Below, one piece after another: positions 8,472 through 18,130 of a stretch of 64,000 nt of DNA (position 1 is its first letter; each line of letters begins with the position of its first letter). Origin of the DNA: an uncultured Bacilli bacterium (GTDB lineage Bacteria; Bacillota_I; Bacilli_A; RF39; UBA660); the NCBI GenBank assembly GCA_947624955.1, contig CANQMM010000001.1, positions 962 through 64,961 of the forward strand. Direction: 5' to 3'. The notes beneath the pieces were generated by a model. That model was not told the origin of the DNA. It saw only the letters and a list, made by a program, of their open reading frames with translations, and did no database searches. A program made the translations under genes and the position numbers.

Positions 8472-9096
8472 TAAAATATTAAGAGATTTAAATTATGGTG
8501 TTTATGTTATTGGTAGTAAAGATAATGAAAGGTTAGTTGGTTGTATAGCTAATAGTGTCATGCAGATAACTTCAGATCCTGCTACTATTGCTATCAGTAT
8601 TAATCACGATAACTACACTAATGAATGTATTAAAAAAACTAATAAGTTTTCGATATCGATATTAAATGAAGAGAGTAATCCGGAAATTATCGGTACTTTT
8701 GGATTTCACAGCAGTCGCGATACCGATAAGTTTGCTAATATTGCTCATACTGAGGTTGATGATCTTCCCGTTGTAACTGATACTAATGGCTATATTACTT
8801 GTGAATTAATCAGTACTCTAGAAACGAGCACTCATACTATCTTTTTGGGTAAAATAATTTCTTGTGCTAAAACCGATACAAAAAATCCAATGAGCTATCA
8901 ATACTATCATCAAGTCCTAAAAGGTCAAAGCCCTAAGAATGCCCCAACTTATCAACCCAATCTTGCCGAAGAGATCAAAGGCAGTAGATGGCAATGCCAA
9001 ATTTGTGGTTATATTTATGAAGGAGAAGATTTACCTCTAGATTTCACTTGTCCTATCTGTGGTCAACCTAAAGAAGTTTTTAAAAAAATATCTTAA
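8464..9096 (+). CDS. Flavin reductase-like domain fused to C-terminal rubredoxin (high-molecular-weight rubredoxin type)
   Basis: C-terminal CQICGYIYEGE...CPICGQPKEVF canonical rubredoxin CxxCG...CPxCG; N-terminal FMN-binding split-barrel-like region; RBS aaggagg; 8-nt overlap with ttcA-like gene. Confidence 0.7.
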   Translation: MNNKILRDLNYGVYVIGSKDNERLVGCIANSVMQITSDPATIAISINHDNYTNECIKKTNKFSISILNEESNPEIIGTFGFHSSRDTDKFANIAHTEVDDLPVVTDTNGYITCELISTLETSTHTIFLGKIISCAKTDTKNPMSYQYYHQVLKGQSPKNAPTYQPNLAEEIKGSRWQCQICGYIYEGEDLPLDFTCPICGQPKEVFKKIS

Positions 9097-9142
9097 TTAT
9101 TTATCATATATATGCTAAAATGATTATGAGAGGAGTAAAGTA

Positions 9143-9862
9143 ATGAATAAAAAAGTAATAATCGGTATCATAGCTGCCGTTATAGTAATATTAGCCGGAG
9201 TAGGTGTATATTTCTTCGCCTTCCATAATCCTGATGCTAAAAAGTTTAAAGAAGAATATGAATCCTTAAATAATACTATCAGAGAATCTGATGGCGAAAA
9301 ATATAATAATGTCGATATACCTAGAAACAATCCTATTAGATATGTAACTGTATCCGAAGCTCTAGATTTATTTAGTGAGAAAAAAGCGATTATCTATGTT
9401 GGTGCTAATTGGTGCCCTTGGTGTCGTAACATGCTTGCACCGATGTTCGATGTAGCTAAAGAACTAGATATCGATAAAATATATTATTTAGAGCTTGATG
9501 ATGATAAATCTAATTTTGAAATCCAAGATGGTGAATTAAAAAAGACTAGCAATGGTTCTGAAGATTACTATAAATTATTAGATGTTTTAAAAGATTATCT
9601 TGAAGATTATTCTTTAACTGATGAAGATGATAACAGTTATCCAACTGGTGAAAAAAGAATTAAGATGCCATTTTTCATAACCATCCGTAATGGTGGAATT
9701 GTCGAGGCTAAAGGCATAACTCGAACTCTAGAAGAAGGTCAAAGTAAATATTCCGAAATGACTGATGAACAATATGATGATTTATATGAAAAATTTTATG
9801 ATACTTTTAGTAAGATTTATCCATCAGAAGGTAGTTGCCCTGTAGATGAAGAATGTAATTAG
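9143..9862 (+). CDS. Membrane-anchored thioredoxin-fold protein (WCPWC active site)
   Basis: N-terminal TM VIIGIIAAVIVILAGVGVYFF; GANWCPWC CxxC motif; RBS gagaggag. Confidence 0.65.
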   Translation: MNKKVIIGIIAAVIVILAGVGVYFFAFHNPDAKKFKEEYESLNNTIRESDGEKYNNVDIPRNNPIRYVTVSEALDLFSEKKAIIYVGANWCPWCRNMLAPMFDVAKELDIDKIYYLELDDDKSNFEIQDGELKKTSNGSEDYYKLLDVLKDYLEDYSLTDEDDNSYPTGEKRIKMPFFITIRNGGIVEAKGITRTLEEGQSKYSEMTDEQYDDLYEKFYDTFSKIYPSEGSCPVDEECN

Positions 9863-9886
9863 TTGTATTTATGATACAACTTTTTA
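9863..9886 (+). terminator. Intrinsic terminator (GTTGTA-tttatga-TACAAC + TTTTT)
   Basis: 6-bp inverted repeat immediately after stop codon followed by T-run. Confidence 0.4.
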
Positions 9887-9997
9887 AATGTCTAATATTC
9901 TTAAGAGACATTTATTAACGCTGCTCCAACCATTGAATTGTTTCCTGTTAAAAAAGTCTTTTATCTTATAAAATGTCAGTAAGAAAGGAGAAATAAT

Positions 9998-10708
9998 ATG
10001 GATCAAGAGAAAATTGGTAAATTCATTGCCGAATGCCGTAAAAAGCAAAAAATAACTCAACAAGAATTAGCTGAAAGATTAGGAGTATCCGACCGCACTG
10101 TCGGTAATTGGGAAAATGGTCGTAATATGCCGGACTTATCATTATTTAAACCCTTATGTAATGAACTAGATATTACCTTAAATGACTTAATGAGTGGTGA
10201 AAAAGTAAACCGCGAAGAATATCAACAAAAATTTGAAGAAAATATTGTCAATACCATTAATTACTCTACTAATAGAATAACTAAATATCATCAATTAATA
10301 TCTTTAATTTTAATTATCTTTGGTTTATTTGTATCTATTTCTGCTATTATGATTTTCCCTAGTGAAAGCAGTTGGAGTTCTATATATTCTGTATTAGGTA
10401 TAATGATTTTTATGATTGGAATTGCCAAAATAACTAAACATATGAAATGGTCTATTCGTTTATTAATCATAATAACAATATTTGCTTTCTCGATGATTGT
10501 CTTATTATTTACTGACTATTTAAACGTCAAATTTAATAATGAAGCCCCAATGTTTAGAATTACCACTACCTCTGCCGGTGATGTTGTATATTACAATACC
10601 CCATTTTATGATGTCTATCGTTGTCACATTGCTAAAGATAATGAATATTGGACTATTGAAAAAAATAGTAAGAAAACAATCAATGAGTTGATAAATTATT
10701 GTCATTAG
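9998..10708 (+). CDS. XRE-family HTH transcriptional regulator with C-terminal transmembrane domain (paralog 1 of 3)
   Basis: HTH QQELAERLGVSDRTVGNWENG; two TM helices after res ~100; RBS aaaggag; paralogous to 13311.. and 16050.. genes. Confidence 0.75.
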   Translation: MDQEKIGKFIAECRKKQKITQQELAERLGVSDRTVGNWENGRNMPDLSLFKPLCNELDITLNDLMSGEKVNREEYQQKFEENIVNTINYSTNRITKYHQLISLILIIFGLFVSISAIMIFPSESSWSSIYSVLGIMIFMIGIAKITKHMKWSIRLLIIITIFAFSMIVLLFTDYLNVKFNNEAPMFRITTTSAGDVVYYNTPFYDVYRCHIAKDNEYWTIEKNSKKTINELINYCH

Positions 10709-10770
10709 GAAATTTACTAATTAATATGTTATATGGTATAATATAAATACAATGTATAAGAGGTGAAGTA

Positions 10771-11016
10771 ATGAAAAGAAAAGTTGGTATTAGACCCTCA
10801 AAATTTTCTTCAGCCATTGGCTTTATAATGGGAATAGCCTTTTGTTTTTTTGGCATCTATTTAATGTTTCAAAGTTTTAACTTTTTCCTAATAATATGGA
10901 CTCTAATGGCTTTATTAATAACTATCTACTATGGTATCAATCTCTTTTCTTCCAAAGGTCTTAGCTTATATAATATGACAATCGAAGAAGATAAAGATCA
11001 AACTGATAAGCAATAA
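10771..11016 (+). CDS. Small membrane protein (81 aa), hypothetical
   Basis: Two hydrophobic helices; RBS agaggtga; extended -10 TGGTATAAT upstream. Confidence 0.5.
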   Translation: MKRKVGIRPSKFSSAIGFIMGIAFCFFGIYLMFQSFNFFLIIWTLMALLITIYYGINLFSSKGLSLYNMTIEEDKDQTDKQ

Positions 11017-11031
11017 AATAAATATCGTTAT

Positions 11032-11568
11032 TTAATTAGCGATATTATTTTTATTTGCATATTCACTTTTTAATATAGTTTCTATTTCTTCCGGTGCTTC
11101 CTTACATCCATTATCAAGCCATTTTTTAATAATGGCATTAAGTCCGGCCTTAAAGAATTCCATATGATAATCTATATATTTATCATCATATAACCTTTTT
11201 GATAAGTTATAATCATATTCTCTTATAATAAAGTTTTGGTCCATATTTAATTTAAAATAAGTCTTATAAAATAGTTGATTATCTTTTATATGCTTAAAAA
11301 GTTTTAAAAAATCATTAGAATTATTTTGGGTATCTTTTTCTTCTTGATATAAAAATGATACATCCTGCTCTAACTCTTGCCCAATCTTATCTGCTAAATC
11401 ATAAATATCTAAATAATTAACATAAAAAGTCGAACGATTAATTTTCGCTAGTTTACAAATATCTGTAACCGAAATTTCACTTATTTCTTTTGTTTGTAAT
11501 AAAGAGATAAATACTTTACTAATTTTATCTCTTGTTTCTTTTCTTCTTTTATTATTCGGCGTGTTCAT
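11032..11568 (-). CDS. TetR/AcrR-family transcriptional regulator
   Basis: N-terminal HTH ISVTDICKLAKINRSTFYVNY typical of TetR; RBS aagggagga. Confidence 0.7.
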   Translation of the reverse strand: MNTPNNKRRKETRDKISKVFISLLQTKEISEISVTDICKLAKINRSTFYVNYLDIYDLADKIGQELEQDVSFLYQEEKDTQNNSNDFLKLFKHIKDNQLFYKTYFKLNMDQNFIIREYDYNLSKRLYDDKYIDYHMEFFKAGLNAIIKKWLDNGCKEAPEEIETILKSEYANKNNIAN

Positions 11569-11681
11569 ATATTCCTCCCTTTAATTGGACATATGTCTAT
11601 AAATTGTTGGTTGTATTTGGTTTTCAAAAAGATTATATTAAAATTGTAATAAAAAGACAAGTGTCTAGTTATTAGAAAGGT

Positions 11682-11897
11682 GTGATGTCTATGTCTAAAA
11701 TCGTCGATGCTAATAAAAAAATAGAAAAAGCGGTAGTTAGTGGCTACAAAAAAATTGAGGACACCGTTGTTGGCGGCTACAAAAAAGTAGAAGATAAATT
11801 TGTTGATACTTTCTTAAAAAAAGATGATGAAACTATCGAAGAAGCCAAAGAAAGATTACAAAAAGAACAAGAACAAAGAGAAAATGAAAATAAATAA
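11682..11897 (+). CDS. Small hydrophilic protein with internal VVxGYKKIEDxVV repeat (GTG start), hypothetical
   Basis: ORF track; GTG start after aaaggtg RBS; divergent from TetR gene. Confidence 0.4.
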   Translation: MMSMSKIVDANKKIEKAVVSGYKKIEDTVVGGYKKVEDKFVDTFLKKDDETIEEAKERLQKEQEQRENENK

Positions 11898-11919
11898 TAT
11901 AAAAATCTCGGAGGACCAA

Positions 11920-12315
11920 ATGAAAAAAGAAACGTTATTAGAAATTATTTTAGGAACTATTGGCGGTTTAGTATTTGCTATGGGTTTGACGATGTGTTTA
12001 ATACCTGAATGGGATTTATTTAAAGTCGGGGTAGTAGTAGCCATTTTAGGGTTTATTATTCTCCTTTGTATTATTCCTGTATATCGAACTAATCATCCTA
12101 AAAAAGAACACGCCCCTATAAATTGGAGTATTGTATTTACTTGGTTTGTAGGAATAGTTGGGGCTTTAGTAATGGGCTTTGGGATGAGTAAAGTTATGGT
12201 CGACGAGCCCTCTAAAGCTGATTTATTAATTGGTATCGCCACCGGTATTGTCGGCTTACTTATCTGCGTATTTAACTACCCGATTTATTCTTATTTAAAA
12301 AGTAACAAAGATTAG
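11920..12315 (+). CDS. Membrane protein (4 TM), hypothetical
   Basis: Start re-picked at ATG preceded by GGAGG (track ORF begins upstream at 11824 with no RBS); hydrophobic helices throughout. Confidence 0.55.
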   Translation: MKKETLLEIILGTIGGLVFAMGLTMCLIPEWDLFKVGVVVAILGFIILLCIIPVYRTNHPKKEHAPINWSIVFTWFVGIVGALVMGFGMSKVMVDEPSKADLLIGIATGIVGLLICVFNYPIYSYLKSNKD

Positions 12316-12384
12316 TTATTTACTTGGAAGATATTCTTCCTTTTTTCTTTTAATGATATAATTATCTATAGTTAGAGGTGTAGG

Positions 12385-13239
12385 ATGAAAAAAATACTAA
12401 ATAAATTGTTTATTCCTAATAAAATAATCGGCTTCATTTTATTCAATTTAGCTTTTGGCTTGCTTATTTATGTCTTTAGTTGTCATTTAGAAGATACCCC
12501 TCTTGCTTATGTAAGTTATCTTTTATCGACTTATGCTTTAATTATCTTTTGTATTTGGTTTTATAAAGTTTGTGAGTTTAGCAATAATGCTCTTAAAAAA
12601 TCTAAACCTTATGAGTTCTATAAAAACCACGAACTTTTAATAACCAAGATTAGCCTTTCTTTTGCTACTTTTCTGCATTTTATTTATGGTATTTTTAAAT
12701 TAGGAACCGGTATCTATTATACATCTTGGTGGTTTATTACTTTTGCCATTTATTATTTAATTCTTTGCCTAATGAAATTATCAATTGTCAAAGATATTAA
12801 AAATGAAGTTGGGGTTAATTTAAAACTTGAATATCGCAAGTTAAGACAAACCGGAATAATCTTATTATTTCTAAACTTAATACTAACAGGTATGATTGTC
12901 CTAATTATTAAACAAAATCACGAAATAACTTATGCGGGATTTATTATTTATATAGTTGCGATGTATGATTTTTATTTAATCATCAGTGCTATTATAAATG
13001 TTATTAAATATCGTAAAGATCATAGCCCTCTTTTAGCGGCCAGTAAATGTCTTAACTTAACCGTGGCGATGATTTCGATGATCTCTTTAGAAGTCGCTAT
13101 GGTATCCCAATTTGGAGCAAATGATAGTGAATTTAAAATATTAATGACTAGCATTATGGGATTTGTCGTATGTTTAATAAATACCACAATGTCCCTATAT
13201 ATGATAGTTAGATCCAATAAAAAATTAAAGAATTGTTAA
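12385..13239 (+). CDS. Polytopic membrane protein (~7 TM), hypothetical
   Basis: RBS agaggtgtagg; multiple hydrophobic helices. Confidence 0.6.
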   Translation: MKKILNKLFIPNKIIGFILFNLAFGLLIYVFSCHLEDTPLAYVSYLLSTYALIIFCIWFYKVCEFSNNALKKSKPYEFYKNHELLITKISLSFATFLHFIYGIFKLGTGIYYTSWWFITFAIYYLILCLMKLSIVKDIKNEVGVNLKLEYRKLRQTGIILLFLNLILTGMIVLIIKQNHEITYAGFIIYIVAMYDFYLIISAIINVIKYRKDHSPLLAASKCLNLTVAMISMISLEVAMVSQFGANDSEFKILMTSIMGFVVCLINTTMSLYMIVRSNKKLKNC

Positions 13240-13310
13240 TCTTAGTTGACAAATTTCCACCTCAAACAGGTAGATAGCAACTAAAATAAAATGTATAATT
13301 TTGCTGTGAG

Positions 13311-13967
13311 GTGAGAAAAGTGCAAAACTTAGGTGAAAGATTATATGTGTTAAGAAAAAATAAAAATTTATCCCAAGAAGAAGTAGCTGAAAAACTAAAT
13401 GTAACAAGACAGACTATATCTAAGTGGGAAACCAATCAAAGTGTACCGGATTTTGATAAAGTTATGCCTTTATGTGAATTATATGGTATAACTCCCAATG
13501 AACTATTTATTGAAATAAAGGAAAATAACTCCGAGAAAAATACTAGCTCAGATATAAATTTAGAAGAAGAAAAAATTAAGACCAGTAAGAAAGCTAAAGG
13601 CATAGCTTTAAGCGTCGTCTTATATTTTTTAGGAATAGTTTGGATAATGATAGCTATACCCGTGATGAATATGAACCCCGTAGTAGCATCGGCAATATTC
13701 TTACTTATCTGTGGCTTAGCTACCGGATTAATTATTTACGTATGTATTAGATATCACAAGACTAAAACCTTAGAAGAAACTGCTGATGATAAATTAAGAC
13801 ACCAAATATCTGATGTTGTTGCCATAATCGTTACGATTATCTATCTTATTATTAGTTTCCAAACAATGGCTTGGCATTTAACTTGGATTATTTGGATTAT
13901 ATATGGCTTGTTTACGGAAATCCTAAAATTAATATTTATGCTAAGGAGATTCCCCAATGAAAAATAA
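13311..13967 (+). CDS. XRE-family HTH regulator with transmembrane domain (paralog 2 of 3)
   Basis: HTH SQEEVAEKLNVTRQTISKWETNQ; 3-4 TM helices; GTG start; 11-nt overlap with downstream DUF4097 gene. Confidence 0.7.
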   Translation: MRKVQNLGERLYVLRKNKNLSQEEVAEKLNVTRQTISKWETNQSVPDFDKVMPLCELYGITPNELFIEIKENNSEKNTSSDINLEEEKIKTSKKAKGIALSVVLYFLGIVWIMIAIPVMNMNPVVASAIFLLICGLATGLIIYVCIRYHKTKTLEETADDKLRHQISDVVAIIVTIIYLIISFQTMAWHLTWIIWIIYGLFTEILKLIFMLRRFPNEK

Positions 13968-14835
13968 AAAGTTAATTATAATCGCCATTATTTTCCTATC
14001 GCTTATTATGGTTGGTCTTTCCGTATTCTTTGCTAGTATTTTAAAAAGTGACTTTAAATTTAAAATTGGTCTACAAGTTAGTAATGAACTAATATTAGAT
14101 GAAACTTATGAAGAGAAATTTAATAAAATAATTATCGATTCAACTACTAGTGAGATTTATTTTAAAAAATCTCTTAACGATAATATTAAAACTGTAATTT
14201 ATGGAGATAGAGATTATACTACTGTTACCACTAACCAAGACACTTTATCTATAGAAATAGCCTCTGAAAATTGTATAGGTTTTTGTTTTAAGCAAAAAGC
14301 TAGCAAAGTAGAGATATATTTACCTGAAGATTTTGATGGCGCTATAGATATCCAAAATGATTATGGCGATATTTTTATTGATGAATTTTTAAATGCTAAT
14401 ATTGATATCAAAGAAGATTGCGGTGATATCGAAATTCTCGGTGGCAATATTATTACCATTGATAATAATTATGGCGATACTAAAATTGAAGAAGCTAATG
14501 TCGCAACTATCAATGCCGACTGTGGCGATGTTACAATTACTAATACCAATGATGCTATAATAAATAGTAATTATGGTGATATCAAGATAAAAGCCGTTAA
14601 TAATTATCTTAATATAGAAAATGATTGTGGCGATATAAAAATAGATAATATTGCTTTAAAGCAGAATTCCCATATTAAAGATGATTATGGTGATATTGAA
14701 ATAGGTAATACCAATGAAATATTTATCGATGCTAATACCGAATTAGGCAAAGTCAAAATCCATAATAATTATAATAAGTCAGATATTACTTTAAAAATTG
14801 AAAACGATTGTGGTGACATTAAAGTAAATAATTAA
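13957..14835 (+). CDS. DUF4097-family (YvlB-like) beta-helix repeat protein with N-terminal TM anchor
   Basis: About 10 repeats of ~20 aa with (D/N)(C/Y)GDIxI motifs; N-terminal TM. Confidence 0.7.
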   Translation: MKNKKLIIIAIIFLSLIMVGLSVFFASILKSDFKFKIGLQVSNELILDETYEEKFNKIIIDSTTSEIYFKKSLNDNIKTVIYGDRDYTTVTTNQDTLSIEIASENCIGFCFKQKASKVEIYLPEDFDGAIDIQNDYGDIFIDEFLNANIDIKEDCGDIEILGGNIITIDNNYGDTKIEEANVATINADCGDVTITNTNDAIINSNYGDIKIKAVNNYLNIENDCGDIKIDNIALKQNSHIKDDYGDIEIGNTNEIFIDANTELGKVKIHNNYNKSDITLKIENDCGDIKVNN

Positions 14836-14897
14836 AAGCGAACGAATATATAAAGTTTGCTTTTTATGTTATAATAAATTTTAGAAATGGAGAATAT

Positions 14898-15473
14898 ATG
14901 AAAAAAGGTTTAAAAATTACTTTAATTGTTTTAGTTATTTTGTTAGGAATAATTTTACTTGATACTTTCCAAGCCAAAGTCTTTGATAATAGTCCCTTAT
15001 TAAAGATAAGAGAAACATATAATGGTGGTGAAACTTATTATATTGATAAAGGCTTATTAGTAAATCACTATCGCTGTAATAATTTTGAAGAAGCAACCGT
15101 ATGGAAAAATACCAAATTTGCTTGCTCTCTACCGGAGAATTTTAAAGAAAGTGTTAATTTATCGTGCTTAACTAGCCAACTAGGTGGATATATTGCTTCC
15201 GAAAAAGTAGAGGCACAAGAGGAACAACTTGCTAACTTGATTGAATATGATGCAGATACAGTTGAATATTCATCTATAATGAAAAGTAAGACAGGCATTT
15301 ATGTCATCCTAAAAACTGATAATGCTAGTGTAATTCAAAAACTTGATAATTATTTTAATGAAAAATATGTTGGATATCAAACCATTATAAAAGATGATTA
15401 CAAAATATATGTTTATAATACAGTGGGCGATTTTGATTTAGCCAAAGATTTAGCCAAGTGTTTAAACAATTAA
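14898..15473 (+). CDS. Signal-anchored secreted protein, hypothetical
   Basis: N-terminal TM LKITLIVLVILLGIILL; no recognisable motifs. Confidence 0.55.
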   Translation: MKKGLKITLIVLVILLGIILLDTFQAKVFDNSPLLKIRETYNGGETYYIDKGLLVNHYRCNNFEEATVWKNTKFACSLPENFKESVNLSCLTSQLGGYIASEKVEAQEEQLANLIEYDADTVEYSSIMKSKTGIYVILKTDNASVIQKLDNYFNEKYVGYQTIIKDDYKIYVYNTVGDFDLAKDLAKCLNN

Positions 15474-15486
15474 TGAGGTAACTACT

Positions 15487-15656
15487 ATGAAAAAGAAAAA
15501 ATTTTTAGAATATTATCATTTGTATTTTTTATTCTTACTCTAGCCGGAGCATTCTATGTATTCTTAAATAAAGGCGAAGCAAATCCCGGTTATGCTGTAA
15601 TACCATCTTTATTTTGTGTAATATTTTCTCAGTTAAGTATTACCAATAAAAAATAA
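15487..15656 (+). pseudogene. Possible frameshifted small hydrophobic protein gene (two consecutive short ORFs, different frames)
   Basis: MKKKKFLEYYHLYFLFLL-stop, then overlapping by 1 nt an open frame AGAFYVFLNKGEANPGYAVIPSLFCVIFSQLSITNKK-stop; lies in a 550-bp AT-rich gap. Confidence 0.25.
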
Positions 15657-16049
15657 TGATATAAAATCTTTAAAAATAGAAGCTAAAGCTTAGCAATTGT
15701 TTCAAGAAGAATGGGTATAGAATCAAAGTTCTTATACTGAAAATACTTAATTTATCAGTTTCTGACATTTTAACGATGATACGGATAAATGACAAAATGT
15801 CCGTATGAATTAACTATATTTGAAATAATTGTTCCTTAAATTATTATTTCAATTCATCCTTTATTTATTAATTACAAATTTTTAAAGTATTGGTTTAGTA
15901 TATATATTTAATATGTACAATTCATTAAAAAATAGCTTAGTCATTTTCTAAATTAGTAATGTAGATTACATTTTTGTTTAATTCTCTCTTTATGTCCTGT
16001 TTATTATTTGATGTATGCTATATAATTCTTCTTGAAAGGAGCCGAAAGG

Positions 16050-16568
16050 ATGGATCAAGAAAAAATAGGAAAGTTTATAGCCAATTTAAGAAAAGAACAA
16101 AAATTAACCCAAGAGCAACTTGCCGAAAAGTTAGGCGTATCTGATAAGTCAGTAAGTCGTTGGGAAAATGGAAAATGCCTACCTGATGTATCTTTATATA
16201 AAGATTTATGTAATATTTTAGGTATTACTCTAAATGAATTTTTTAGTGGTGAAAAAATTAAAGAAGAAAAATTCAAAGAACAAGCTGATAACAATTTATT
16301 TAATGCCTTAGAAAATAGTTCTTTTACTTTAAAAGATAAGATAAAATATTATAGTGATAAGTGGGATAAGGAACACTTTTTTGAGTTAACTATTGCAATG
16401 ATTGCTATTGTCGGATTTATAATTTACGGTTTTATAAAAGATAATGGCATCCAATATATATTTATGATAATAGGTTTTACTTATGGTATTTGGGAAAATA
16501 ATCGAAAGAAAGCATATATAGAAAGAAACGCATATAGACAAATAAGTAGTAAAAATAAAGAAAGATAA
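16050..16568 (+). CDS. XRE-family HTH regulator with transmembrane domain (paralog 3 of 3)
   Basis: N-terminus MDQEKIGKFIA... nearly identical to 9998 paralog; start re-picked at ATG after aaaggag...gaaagg (track begins at upstream TTG). Confidence 0.7.
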   Translation: MDQEKIGKFIANLRKEQKLTQEQLAEKLGVSDKSVSRWENGKCLPDVSLYKDLCNILGITLNEFFSGEKIKEEKFKEQADNNLFNALENSSFTLKDKIKYYSDKWDKEHFFELTIAMIAIVGFIIYGFIKDNGIQYIFMIIGFTYGIWENNRKKAYIERNAYRQISSKNKER

Positions 16569-16675
16569 CTCGTTGACTTTTGGACAAATTAAAAATAACC
16601 AATTTTAGCAAGCCGTTTATATGGTTTGTTTTTTAAATGTTATGACAGTTCCTATTTAAAATGATGCACAAACTA

Positions 16676-16704
16676 TTGCCAAACGTACGTTTGCGTGGTA
16701 TAAT
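16676..16704 (+). promoter_or_regulatory. Sigma-A promoter (TTGCCA-17-TGgTATAAT) with perfect 14-bp palindrome CAAACGTACGTTTG in spacer (candidate LexA/SOS-like operator)
   Basis: Hexamers, 17-nt spacing and extended -10 TG seen in sequence; palindrome 16680..16693 resembles Cheo box GAAC-N4-GTTC half-sites (AAAC-N4-GTTT). Confidence 0.5.
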
Positions 16705-16726
16705 CAATTTATCAGGAGGTAATAAA

Positions 16727-17581
16727 ATGAATCAAGATAAAATGCATTTAGTAAACAAAATATTTAATAACGAAACTATAAGAACAATATGGGATAAAGA
16801 ACAAGAAAAATACTTTATCAGTGTTGTCGATATAGTAGGGGTTGTATCCGAAAGTAAAGATGGAAGAAAGTATTGGAATAAATTAAAGCAACGCCTTAAA
16901 GAAGAAGGAAATGAGTCGGTGACAAATTGTCACCAACTGAAATTAAAATCTTCTGATGGTAAATATTACAATACTGATGTTGTCGATATCGAAGGTATGT
17001 TTCGCATAATTGAATCAATTCCGAGTAAAAACGCGGAACCTATAAAACAATGGTTAGCCAAACTAGGTAGTGAAAGAATTGATGAAACATTTGATCCTTC
17101 AATTGCTGCTCAAAGAGCGATAGATTTATATAGATTTAAAGGTTACGATGAAGAATGGATAGCCAAAAGAATTAAAGGTATTCAGGATAGAAAAAAACTT
17201 ACGGATGTATGGCAAGATGGTGGAATAAGCGAGACCAAAGAATATGCTATTCTAACGAATGAAATATACAAAGAATGGTCCGGGATGAAAGCCAATGAAT
17301 ATAAAGCATTTAAAGGTCTTAGAAAAGAATCCTTAAGAGATAATATGAGTGATATTGAGGTAGCCCTAGCTGATTTAGGCGAACTTGCTACAAGAGAAAT
17401 TGCTAAAGAATATAAGCCCTATGGTCTAGAACAAAATAAAATGATTGCTAAAATGGGTGGTAATGTTTCTAGAACTGCAAGAGATAATTTAGAGCAAAAA
17501 CTTGGCAAATCAGTAATCAGCAATCAAAATAATCTTAGTTATCAATATTTAGATGGAAAACAATTAGAAAATAAACGATAG
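16727..17581 (+). CDS. BRO-N/RhuM-N-like N-terminal domain protein with DinD-like (DNA-damage-inducible protein D family) C-terminal region
   Basis: Start re-picked at ATG after aggaggtaataaa; N-terminus ETIRTIWDKEQEKYFISVVDIVGVV aligns with N-termini of the two RhuM-like genes at 26454 and 28588; overall resembles DinD-family proteins. Confidence 0.6.
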   Translation: MNQDKMHLVNKIFNNETIRTIWDKEQEKYFISVVDIVGVVSESKDGRKYWNKLKQRLKEEGNESVTNCHQLKLKSSDGKYYNTDVVDIEGMFRIIESIPSKNAEPIKQWLAKLGSERIDETFDPSIAAQRAIDLYRFKGYDEEWIAKRIKGIQDRKKLTDVWQDGGISETKEYAILTNEIYKEWSGMKANEYKAFKGLRKESLRDNMSDIEVALADLGELATREIAKEYKPYGLEQNKMIAKMGGNVSRTARDNLEQKLGKSVISNQNNLSYQYLDGKQLENKR

Positions 17582-17752
17582 ATATAAAATATAAGACAAC
17601 ATCTTCAGTTAGTAGTATTGAAGAATATTTTGTAAATAATAATGAGTCGTCTTGTGGATTAGGTAGATTATCAAGTTAATTTGATAATCTTTTTATGCAT
17701 TGACAACTGTATATAATCTGTATATAATTTATATATACAAAAGAGGTGAACT

Positions 17753-18130
17753 ATGGAAATTATAATAAGTAATTCAAATGGTATTCCTATCTATGAACAA
17801 ATTAAAGAACAAATAAAAGTTAAAATAGTTTCTAGTGAATTAAAGGAAAATGAACTATTACCCTCTATAAGAACTTTAGCTAAAGACCTTCGCTGTAGTG
17901 TTATAACAACCAAAAATGCTTATGAAGAATTAGTTAAAGAAGGCTATGTAAAAAATGTTCCATCTAAAGGATTCTATGTTGCTCAAATAAATAAAGACGT
18001 TGCTTTAGAAGAGCAATTAAATAAGATAGAAGAATTGATGGATAAGGCAGTTTCTATTGCCAAAATGAATAACATAAAGAAAAAGACCCTAAATGAAATA
18101 TTAAATATATTATATGAGGAGGATAAATAA
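17753..18130 (+). CDS. GntR-family (YtrA-subfamily-like) transcriptional regulator
   Basis: IYEQIKEQIK...LPSIRTLAKDLRCSVITTKNAYEEL HTH; 125 aa; heads ABC operon; RBS aagaggtga. Confidence 0.75.
   Translation: MEIIISNSNGIPIYEQIKEQIKVKIVSSELKENELLPSIRTLAKDLRCSVITTKNAYEELVKEGYVKNVPSKGFYVAQINKDVALEEQLNKIEELMDKAVSIAKMNNIKKKTLNEILNILYEEDK

Noticed and set aside
11824-11919. Track ORF start 11824 overlapping the 3' end of ORF 11682..11897 in another frame
   Set aside because: GGAGG-supported ATG at 11920 is preferred. The overlap region is a Lys-rich, low-complexity shadow of the upstream gene. My manual base count in this A-rich stretch was off by one relative to the track, so track coordinates are used.
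16032-16049. TTG start at 16032 for the third XRE regulator and upstream ATG 16661 for the DinD-like gene
   Set aside because: Internal ATGs at 16050 and 16727 have strong RBSs and give N-termini matching the paralogs. The upstream extensions lack an RBS.
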